From contig JAPEUD010000081.1 of assembly GCA_026026165.1 (NCBI GenBank), forward strand, positions 1 to 64,000: DNA of 64,000 bases. The letters run 5' to 3'. Positions within the stretch are counted from its first letter, which is position 1, and every line of letters begins with the position of its first letter. The stretch is from Sarea resinae (Eukaryota). Under the pieces are notes generated by a model. That model saw only the letters and a list, made by a program, of their open reading frames with translations. It had not been told where the DNA came from and did not search any database. The position numbers were made by a program, and so were the translations under genes. Below are positions 1-10,388 of the stretch, in pieces.

Positions 1-283
1 TAAGATGCAACGCGGCCTGCAGTGCAGGCAAGCAGCGCCAGCGCAGCATAGAGGGTTAGAGGTAAGGCTAGGAGCACTAGAGGCAATGTTTTATCGCGTC
101 TAACTAGTGGCAACCCTACTGCTGCAATGCTACTTGGTTTAGGCTAGCCTGGCCAGCTAAATAGCTGATAGGCAGAGCGAGCGCGCGGCGCACAGAGAGT
201 TTTTTTCCTTCTAGACAATCTAGCAATATTTTCTTCTAGACTGTCTAGAAGTTTGATCGTCGAACAGCGACATCAAGCGACGT

Positions 284-3200
284 CTAAGCTCGCTTAAGCT
301 CTTGCTAAAGGTGCAGGATCACTTTGATTATCACCACTATAGCGTTGCTGACCCACTCTCCCTACACTGGCTAGATGTGCCGTTGCCTGAGCCACTTGCT
401 GTATCCTTCGAGGTCGCCTCGCTGGCTGAGAAATCTGGCCCTGCTGATTAGCTCCTACCCTCTCGCGCTGGCTGCCGCGTCGGCTGCAGCGGTGCGCACG
501 ATCGGCACCAGTCGATTCGGCCACTAACAGCTGGCCTGAGTGTCAACTCTAGTGCAGCAATACCGCTGACTAATGCTGCATCGAAAGCAGCTGTGGGTCT
601 TCTCCTCTAAGTCCTCTCAGAACCGGATTTTCTGTCGGAAGCTATTGACAGCCTGCTTGCTAAGCGCACCCCGCTGCAGGCATTAGTGCCAGCCATGCTC
701 CTACCGCTCCGCCTGCCTAGCCCCTTCCTTGAGCCCCTTGGCCACCTAGCAGACAGCGCACCGCCCTTCGAGCCAGTCAAGTGCCTGCTTGACGACGGCC
801 TGCTGCCGCTCTGCTTTGGCCTCGCGGGTCTGCCACTTAGTCAGGCCCTCGCTGCATCGATCGCACCGCGCCGCCGTGCCTTAGTCGACCTTGCCACACC
901 GCACCCCCTTTCTGTCAAGGTAGCCGCTCATGATCTGCCGCCGGCAGCCCTAAGTGGTGATAAATTCCTACATCGCCTGCTGGTCGACAGTACGCCCTAC
1001 AACGGCTGCCGCTGTGAGCTAGCTAGCCTCTACAAGTATAACAGCATCCACGTCCTTGCTAGCGCGCCTGGCCTGGCCTGACTCCTGCGCGAAGTCGATC
1101 ATGCTATACAGCACCCTAACGTGCAGCGTCATTAAGATCCTGCTGTAGTCGACCCTAGTGCTAAGCGCGCCAGTGGCGACGATCTAGCCCCCTTTAGACG
1201 TCTACTGCCTAAGCTAGCGCTCCTTATCCTCTGATGTCAAGTGATAGTAGCCGCACTGTAGAGTCTTAGCCAAGGCCTTGCACGCCGCCTAGGTTCGGCA
1301 GTAGATCACCCCTTTCCCTTGCTGCTGCAGTCGCTGCTGCAGCTGCTGTTGACAGAGGTGCGCCGCGCTCTCAAGCAGCTAGCTATCTTTGCACCGCACT
1401 ACTAGATAGCAGGTGCGCGGCCGGATCGTGCGAGCGCGAATGCAGCGCGCCACTAGCATCAGCATGCTGTCAGCTAGCTCTTGCTCTAGAGCAGGCAGCA
1501 ATGTCGCGGTCAGTAGTATTATCAGGCACATCATTATCTGCAGATGCTTGAGATCGTTGAGCCGCGGCTGGTAATCGTTAGCTGTGAACGTCAGGTGACA
1601 CTCGTCTACAACAATCCGCTGCAGCAGACTGTGCCGCTGCAGCGCTGTGGCGTACGTTAAGAAACCCAACCTACTAGCGAGATCAGCGCTGACTACTACC
1701 ACTGCAGCGAAGCTGCTATCGCTGTGCCTCCACTCAAGACTGTTAATGCTGACCCGCTGCAATCGGCTGACTAGATCGTTCACTAGGGCGCGGAACAGCA
1801 CTACTACTACTGTCACTAGCGGCCCTTGCAGCCCTTTCTCCTACCGCTGTTGCTTGAGCCAAGCCGGCAGCATAAACAGCAGGCTCTTCCTGCCTCTAGT
1901 AGGCAGCACTACTACAGTCAGCGTCTTATGTCGCAAGATCGCTTGCAATGCCACGCGCTGCTCTGCCGACTTAAACTCCACTTGACTTAACCCTAGCAAT
2001 TGCTGCATGCTAGTAATAACCTCCTCTAAGTCGACGTCGATCTCTTGCCTCAAACTATTATCATCCTCTAGCAGCCGAAACCGCTTGCGGCAGCCACAGC
2101 CTATCACTAGAACTCTTGTTTCTTCTCTCTCCTCTTGCTCCTCCTCTGGCGGCTGCTTCTCCTCTGCTTCCTGCTTGCGCTTTGGCTTTCCCTTAAGCTC
2201 AGGCTTAGACTCGCTCTGCTGCGCTGCACCGGCCAGGCTGCTGCCACTATCAAGCTGTAGGAATGCGTGCCACGCCTGACTCACTTAGCCGAACGCGTCA
2301 AGAGAGCGCGCGCTGAGATTCTAGACAATATCCCTAGAAACACCATATCGAATTTGCCTGATAGCAGTGGTGTGCCTAGTCTGCAGCTTGAGTTTGTCCT
2401 CCTGCTTAAGCTGCGGCTCCTCTACATCCTTAGCCTTGTCCCTACAATGCAGCGCTCGCCCCTTGCTGGCGGCGAATTCCTTGCCCACAAATTTCTAGCC
2501 GATTGTGATCGCCACATGTCGATAGTCCTGCGTGGTCAGCCGACATTTTAACCGCGTGGATGTCTCGCGGCTAAGGACCTAGGTCAGCCGCTCTGTCAGC
2601 CACGGCTGCCCTTTAGCTGTGCCCTAGATAAATTCATTGTCAAGCCCGCCCTCTAAGCCAACCGCGGTCTGCAGGTGGCTGTAGAACGGCCGCATGTAGG
2701 CTAGGTAGACGACTATAAGCTGGCTGACTCGCTACAGCAAGAAGCGCGGCACTACCTTTAGGGTATTGTACTAGGCCTAGCTCTTATAGTAGCGGGTCAC
2801 TAGCACGACTAATCTATCCACCACGTAGACATTGCGATCCTGCAGCAGGCTGTTGCGATAGCGCACTAACAACTCCTTAGTGCCGCGGCTGGGCTAGCCC
2901 CTAGTCACATGGCAGCTAAAGAGTAGCAGCTTAAGAAAGGCCTGCACGCGCCAGCAGTAGTCCCTAACTAGGCCTGGTTCCTAGCCAGTGCTGTCGCGCT
3001 GTCAGAGCGGTTTTTTGTCTTCTCTCCTTTCTTTCTTCTAGACTGTCTAGAAGTATCGAGCTGTGCAGGCGACGCGCGCCACTATTAAGGAGAGCCCCTA
3101 ATCGAGCCGGTTCGCCGGATTGCTAAGGAAGGACTAATTCCGCTGCGTGAACGCTATGTCGTCCTTGATGCCAGCTAGGTCGACAGTGAAGCAGTCGCCT

Positions 3201-4945
3201 AGTTCGCGGCACCACATCAGCTCAGGCCAGAGGATGGCCTTAGCGGCCTCGATCGCCTAGTGCGCTATCTGCTAGAAGTAGGCGATCACAATCGGCTTGC
3301 CGCAGAAGCGCAGCGACTGAGCATCCTAGGCCTAGTTTGTTGTCGCTGTGCTCAGCTGCCGCCAGCCAATGTACTTAGTGTATGTGAGCAGGCTAATCAT
3401 TGTGCTTATTAGGGTTAGCAAGCTGTCGGCTAGGAATATCTTGCGCTGCCCTAGGAAGCGCTTCTGCTTAGCCTGGCCCTGCCGCTCCTGCGCGGCCGCT
3501 AGCAGCAGCACCTCGACCCTGATCACCTGCATGCAGTAGACCACCCTGGCCAGCTAGTAGGAGTAGCTTGTCGCTGTGTGCAGCCGCTTAGTGAGGGGGT
3601 CGATGCTGAGCACAGCGAGGAAGTGGACTAGCGCGCTGTCAAAGGGGTCTACTAGTAGTAGGTCAAAGATAAGCGCCTGCGAGAAGGCTAGCACTCAGTC
3701 GACCTGCAGGGCCTTGTCGCTATCAAGCTTGAGCGACTCCTAGACAGCCTGCAAGCGCTCGTTCTGCTCTGCAGTCAGATGCAGCAATTTGTCGGCATCC
3801 TTTAGCTGCGCGTCAGGTGCGTGGGCAGCGAAGGTGCAGTGGGCGAAGACGCGCAGGCAATAGCAGATCAGACGCGCCTAATAGTTAGCATAGCGCACCT
3901 GAGCCTCCGCGGTCTGCAGCCGACCTAATGGCTTCAGGTGCACCTTAGTGCGCTTCTCGCTGCGCAGCCAGCGGCAGAGCTTGAGCAGTAAGGTAGCTAG
4001 CCTAGCCACGCAGCGCTCGATCATCAGTCAGGTGACCTTAGCGGCCTAGCTAAGGATCTGGTCTAAATCCTGCCGCTGCCGCTGCTGCCGCGGCCGCCTA
4101 AGTCGCTGGTTAGAGAGCTCGCTAGCGTAGAGAAGGTGAGCTATATTCTGGCAGCGCAGGTGGGCCAGCCAGCCAGTGCGACTGAACTAGCCAGTGCGAT
4201 CAGTCTTCTGCACCTCGCTCTTAGTCAAGGCCTGACTCTGCTTGTGCGCGGCCTGCTAAGCATCGAACTCGCGCTGGATCTAACTAGCTAGGTTGTCAGA
4301 GGCTGCTTCGCCTAGCCGATTATTATTGTAGCTCCTCTCTGCGTGCTCCTTTTCTGCTGGCCGCACCAGAAAATATCGCTGCAGCCTGCTAGTGAAGAAG
4401 GTCTGCACTAGAACTAGCTGCTAATTCGGCGAGTCCTCTTCTTCTTTCTCCTCTTGATTAGCAGACTAGGCGTGCTGCTTATTGCTGTGCTTCTGCATGA
4501 TCTAGCGATTCGCCGTGCTAAAACTACAGTCTCAACAGGTAAAGCTGTCAGTGGGTGCCCCTAGAGCGGGAAATGCAGGGCAATTCGGCAGTGGCAAAGG
4601 CACAGCATGCGGATCAAGTAGGCTGCAGCCTTAATACTGCGCTCTAAGCAGACATCGCTCCTTAGCTAGCATCGCATGACTGTCCTTTAAGTGGCGGTCT
4701 ATATTTCGAAGGGCGTAGCTATGTTGACAGCAGATTAGGACCTGATAGTTTGGCTCATAGTGGAATAATAACGATCGCGATCCTGATCTTGATCTTGATC
4801 CTAATCTCTCTTGCTGCTCCTCTTGCTCCTCTTGCTCCTCTTGCTGCTCTTATTGCTCTTGTTCTTGCGCCGCCTGCTGCAGCTGCCGCTGCTAGTTATC
4901 AAGGGCGGCGGCAGCGCTGCTGCAGGCGAAGTGCGTAGTTAGCAT
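284..4945 (-). pseudogene. RIP-inactivated multidomain gene of the telomere-linked-helicase type: Zn-finger/DUF3505-like N-terminus + tyrosine-recombinase-like domain + RecQ-like SF2 helicase + Cys-rich C-terminus (~1550 codons)
   Basis: All motifs checked lie in one minus-strand frame starting at ATG 4945 and broken by TAG/TAA stops typical of RIP. Motifs: YEPNYQVLICCQHSYALRNIDRHLKDSH (~4760-4680); CHVTRG*PSRGTKE (R at 2887-2885); YYK; YRH (2524-2516); QTRH-x8-Y; Walker A relic LPTRGRKSLLFMLPA; DECH; TAT; ATGALSTRVD; QESGQARR; CRR..CDRC Zn site. The 3' end is approximate. Confidence 0.85.
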
Positions 4946-5030
4946 GCCTTAGCTCACTGTAATAACCTCTTAACCCTCCTTCTTTAACCCTAAGTGACGC
5001 TCGAACTCTCCTAGTAGATTTCGCTAGCCA

Positions 5031-5541
5031 GGCTAGCTAAATAGCTAGCAGGCTAGGCAGGCGCAGTGTATATATATAGAGAGAGCTTTTTCTTCTAGAC
5101 TGTCTAGAAGTTTTTTAAAATCTTTAAACGGCGGCTAGTAGATCAGACGCAAGCAAGCCTTCTCTTTTCCTTTAAGCGCTGCGCAGGCGCTAGAGGCGAA
5201 GTGCGCTGTTAGTCTGCCTTAGCTAGCTGCAATCACCTCTTAATACCTTGAACCCTAAGTAACCCTAAGGGATAGGGCAACCCTAAGGGTGGGAAATCGA
5301 CGCTGGCAGGCCAGCGATCGAACAAACAGAGGGCAGGCGCGCGGGCAAGGATTAAGGCAGCTATCAAGGTGGTCAGGTTAGTAGGCAGAGGGCGTTTTTC
5401 AACAGGCGCGAAAACACTGTCGAGAAAACACCGTCGATTCTCGCTTATTCTCGCTTAGGCTCGGTTCGATGCCTTAAAGAGGCGAAGATCGGCGAAAATT
5501 AGCGAGAAGACAGTGTCTTTAGCTAGTGCAATGCGGTTAGG
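5031..5541 (+). repeat. ~510 bp direct repeat, copy 1 (upstream/terminal region of the helicase element)
   Basis: Aligns colinearly with 9080-9560; differences are mostly C>T/G>A plus a few short indels. Confidence 0.95.
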
Positions 5542-5544
5542 CTA

Positions 5545-8500
5545 CAGGCTGATAGCTTATATTAATCGATACGCTTGTTCTGCTACCTATTTGAGTTCTC
5601 TAAGACATATTAGCAGCGAGACCTAAGACAGTGACACACTCGACAACTATTAAGCATAGCAGCGCTATTACAATTCAGCGGTTCCTGCATCTTTAGGACT
5701 GTCTAGCACTTATCTAGTGCGATCTAGTTTGATCCCTTACAACGTTAGCAAGAGCATCCTAGTCTTAAAGAGACAGGCACTTCTGCAATAAAACAGCACT
5801 ATAGCTCTCTAGAGTGTGCTTAGTCTCTTACAGCAAGCATAATGCGCACACTTAAGGCTCTTTAGACTATAGTAAGATATCGCTATATGTAATAGATCTC
5901 TTAACTAATACCTCTATCCTTAATGCTAGCAACGTGCTTTAGCACTAAAGACTCTCTAAACCTTAGAGCTATTCTCTTAGTTAAGCTAGCAACGCCTCTT
6001 CCTTAAGATAATTCTATCAGCAAATCTTCTATAGCAGATCATAGAAAACCACTGGTTTAAACAATGCTTCCTCCTTTGCTAGCTAGGCCTTCGAATTCTA
6101 GGGCGACAATAGGTTTATAATAACATTTATAATCGATATACAGAGATCTTACTAAGGATCCTGCAGAGACTAGGCCTAGAAACCAAAATTTCTATCGCAC
6201 TAGATGTATAGCAGAGTCTAAATAAGATATCCTTTCTTTCTATAATAGGGTATTTTATTGACAAAGACTAGAATTACTAGGAAGTCCTCCTAGGGTTTGA
6301 AAAGATAACTAGAGAGCACTCTAGTCGCAACATAGCTACGTTACTACTTAATCGACTTTAGTGTTTCAACATTTAGGTTTGTCTTTAATGTTTATAGTAA
6401 CGCTTTTAGGTAACATTACATTGTAGGATTGCATACTAGCTGTGACAACAGATAACGCAGGCAATAACAACACAATGCGTTAAGAGCTAACAAGTCTACT
6501 CGCTAATCACTATTAGATTGTATAGGATTATAAGGTTGCTTATATGCCTTGCCTTACGCATGTTATTCAGCTTGCAGTCGTGGCTTTTAATAAGTGCCTA
6601 AAAATTACTGCTTTAAACAAGTCTATACAAGATACCTAGTTAGATACAGACTAAGAGCTGCTTTAGCAGCTTCCTTCTAAAGACTCTTTTAGCAGCACGT
6701 TGCAAAAGGTAAGTGCTAACAACCCTTGTCTATTACTACCTCTAAAGTTTCTAGATTTGTGCACTTGCTGTCTATATTGCTGCTTTATTACAGCGAACTG
6801 CGCGCTTTTATGATCTGCAGCCAACGCTAGTCAATATAATCTAAGATGTTAAAACTTAATAGAACTCAACATATAATATGCTGAAGCAGGCCTAGCAGCT
6901 GCGAGATGCTCTTTAGATGTTTCTTGTTAGCAAAACTAGTCCTGCTATACGTAGAACTCGTGTCTCTCCTACTAGTTAGGACTATATTCGCTATCTGATT
7001 GTCTTACTAAAGCTATTTAATGATTAGACAAGAGCTGTGTCTTAGACTAAAGGCGTAACTATCTATAAGACCTAGTTTATATACTCTTAGATTTTTAAGC
7101 ACTTAGAGAAGCATCTAAACAAGATGCAGCCTAAGCAGACACTCTAGAAACAAGAGCTTACTTCTGCTATAGAAGCAGCAAAGACTAAGCTCTCTAAGTA
7201 CTACTAAGATACTAAAGGAGTACAGAGGAGAATGTTTAATTTAGCATGCATCCTTAATCCCTTAACAAGGCTTAATCTATATAAAGTATGTTACCTAAAT
7301 CTGTTACCTTTACCTTATCCTCTAGGAATGTTTTGCTAATAGCTAAGAAGTCTAATAACTAGGGCTATAAATATTTGCGAAAGTACTGGCGCGAATTTAA
7401 GGACTATTATTAGTTGCATTATGTAAGAACTAAAGTTGCCTCCTTAGATGTTGCTGCACTCTCTATATTAGCATTAGATGTTAATTCACTTGCATAGGCT
7501 AAGACGCTTTAGAAACAACATCGCTTTGTTACAGATCTAGTCAGTTAGTATCTATCTTTGCTAGCTACAGATTATAAGGATCCTTTGCAGGTAACACTTT
7601 CAGGTAACATTTCTATGTGTAGGTGCTAATATTCCACTAGTTCTAGCGATCACACTACTAGCCCTTGCTTAAACAAATAGCAAAAGACATTCTTACTATA
7701 CCTAGAGCTGCTGTTAGTGTTGAACGGACTTTTAATAAGGCATAAGACCTTATTACCTTTTGTTAAAGTCGCCTTTCAGCAGAAACAGTTCAGAACACTA
7801 TAGTTGTAAAGCACTTTGATTGCGATAAACTCTGCTTCTATATAGGTAAAGATAAATCTAATAGTATTTCTAAGGACACTAATTATTAACACACGCTATC
7901 AGCTGAATTTAATGATTATTTACTTGTTATTAGTGATAATAATAAGCTAACCTTAATTAATAGTAGGCCTGCAATACAGGATAACACAGACCTGTATAGG
8001 TTTTCTAGTGATAAGCACTCTTTACTACTTCTACCTCTACCTACAGTGCAGCTAGATAAACCTGCTTTATAGCAGCAGTCTTTGCTTTAACGCTCTAGGC
8101 ATAACAACGCTTAATCTATATTGTCTTAAAGAAAGCGCCTGCGTTTAACTGTAGATGATTTATTTGTTAGGTTAAAGGTACAGAGGCTCTCTTCTAGAAC
8201 TAGTCTATTTCCTTCTTAATTGCGTGAATAGTTACACTTGTAGTAGTTTGCTTTGTATATGCTACAGCATATATTTATCTCTGTTAGAGTAGAATTAGTT
8301 CTAGTAAAACATACTACATTATAAAGGTTTAGAGGATGATTTAGTAGTTTTTATATAGTGTAGATTATGTAGGGCACTATAAACTAAACATATAGAGTGT
8401 ATTATTATACTATTATTCTTATTCTACAATTCCTATAGTTTTATCGCATTTACTCTCTAGATATTACCTCTATATATTACCTTTTAATAATCTTATCTTA

Positions 8501-8668
8501 TTAATCTACTCTTTATCTTATTAATCAACCTGTATATACCTAATAGGTAGGCTATAGGCCCTACAGCTAATTGAGCCTGCCTAAACCCAACCTGATTATG
8601 TAATCAGGCGGGCTAACCCACCTAAACCTTAATTTAGGCTGAGTACCTAAACCTAAGTAGACAGCCTA
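5545..8668 (+). mobile_element. RIP-degraded hAT-family DNA transposon, probably 5'-truncated
   Basis: Relic motifs: BED-finger half EHPSLKETGTSAIKQH (~5750-5800); KISIALDV*QS..FLSIIGYFIDKD*NY*EVLLGF (~6185-6300); TTDNAGNN (~6445); PCLTHVIQL (~6550); KT**NSTYNML (RWNST box, ~6850); hAT dimerisation AKDILTIP..SVERTF..SRLSAETV (~7680-7790). GT-AG introns are visible, and subterminal repeats lie at 8580-8668. Confidence 0.88.
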
Positions 8669-9079
8669 AGTAGTATTAATAGTAAGAGATAATTAATTAA
8701 GTGCTATAGAAAAGCAGCTCTTTAAGGGTTAGAGATATAGCTAGCAGTATTAGAGGCGATTTTAATATAATAGTAATTGCTTAATTCTACTCTACTTAAT
8801 CCTACTTTCTACTAGTAAGGTAGGCTAATTAAGGGCTAAGTAGTTAGAGTATATACCTAGTATATCTTCTTAATCCTAGTAGGATTACTAGCTGCAATAT
8901 AGTTAGGGTTTATATAAGGGTTACTTAGGAGAGTTACCTAGAGATACTATAAATAGTTACCTAGAGATACTATATACATGTCTTTTCTCTTATATCTCTT
9001 ATATAATATATATGTAAATCTTTATACAATGCTTTACTCTACTTTACTTTACTCTACTCTACTACTTTATAACTCTTAG

Positions 9080-9560
9080 GGCTAGCTAAATAGCTAGCAG
9101 GCTAGGTAGGTACAATGTATATATATAGAGAGCTTTTTCTTCTAGACTATCTAGAAGTTTAATCTTTAAAAGGCTACTAGATTAGATATAAGCAAGCCTT
9201 CTTCTTTCCTTTAAGCGCTATACAAGCGCTAGAGGCAAAGTGCGCTATTAGTCTGCCTTAGCTAGCTGCAATCACCTCTTAATACCTCTAACTCTAAGTA
9301 ACTCTAAGAGATAAAGCAACTCTAAGGGTAGGAAATTAATGCTAGCAGGCTAGCAATTAAACAAACAAAGGGCAGGTATATAGGTAAGGATTAAGGCAGC
9401 TATTAAGGTAGTTAGGTTAGTAGGCAGAGGGCGTTTTTTAACAGGTATAAAAACACTGTTAAGAAAACACTGTTAATTCTTACTTAGGCTTAGTTTAATG
9501 CCTTAAAGAGGTAAAGATTAGTAAGAAGACAGTGTCTTTAGCTAGTGCAATATAGTTAGG
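9080..9560 (+). repeat. ~480 bp direct repeat, copy 2 (more heavily mutated solo copy)
   Basis: Colinear with 5031-5541; CG dinucleotides of copy 1 are largely converted to TA/TG. Confidence 0.95.
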
Positions 9561-10388
9561 TATAGCAGAGTTAGGGTTTAAGGTAGAGAGCGAATTAGAT
9601 AAATATTAAGGTTAGAATAGAGAGAGAATTAAGATAATATATATAGTCCTTACATACTTACAAACACCTACAAAGCTAAGGATAGGTTTGTCAGCCCAAG
9701 TAGGACGACGCAAAGAGACCCTTAAAAGACAAATATAGACAGCAACACAGTGGAAGCAAGGAAGAAGTTATAAATATCACCTATTAAGAGCACCTACTCT
9801 AGAGTATCTAAAGTAGGTGGTGATGTCGATAGGCACGGTTCCGAGCTTGGTAGCGAGGCGACTAGCCCGAGGGGCCCACGTGGGGCCGTCTGCAGCCAGC
9901 TCTAATCCTTGGTGTCATCTTCTCGGAAAAATTTCCTTTCTTGCGCATACCTTTTTATCGTTTTTAGCATCTGCCCCTCAGCTGTTCGCCGAGTTCTTGT
10001 TCTTTGTTCATTGGCCGACACCGCTAGATGAGCTGTGCCGCTTAGAGATCTACGCGCCCGGTCCAATGCTTATCATCGAATGGCTACAAGAGCGGAGATC
10101 AGCAGCTGCGCCCAAGAAGTGGAGAAGACATGTATCAAATGAAGGCTCGCCCTGATATCTGTGTCGGCGCAATGCGCGGCCGGCTGATGCCATACCTTCC
10201 AAGGTCAATACTCGAGAGGGCGTTAGTGGCACTATCTTTCTCCAAGCTATCTCGTGTTCGTCCGATCTTATTATTATCATCGCCAACCTCCAAAAATCTC
10301 CAAGTTGCTACTCTTCTTCACGACTGAATCTTCATCGTTATCAATTTTTGAGAACTGTCTTCAGCTGGAGCCTGTCAAGGACGACAGA

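Larger units (their letters stand above)
141..5541 (-). mobile_element. Putative recombinase-helicase element (gene plus related flanking terminal segments)
   Basis: The gene is heavily RIP-mutated, implying it was multicopy. It is flanked by related direct segments (141-254 and 5023-5113) that both end in TTTCTTCTAGACTGTCTAGAAGT. The upstream 510 bp is duplicated at 9080-9560. Boundaries are inferred. Confidence 0.55.

Noticed and set aside
686..4938. Plus-strand ORFs in the repeat block
   Set aside because: Antisense shadows of the minus-strand pseudogene with no independent motifs.
284..4945. Starship captain (DUF3435) or Helitron Rep-Hel
   Set aside because: The helicase is SF2 DECH/RecQ-like rather than Pif1-like, no HUH Rep motifs were seen, and captains are not fused to RecQ helicases.
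5031..9560. LTR retrotransposon (two ~500-bp direct repeats 4 kb apart)
   Set aside because: The interior encodes hAT transposase motifs, not gag/RT/integrase; no TG..CA ends, PBS or PPT seen.
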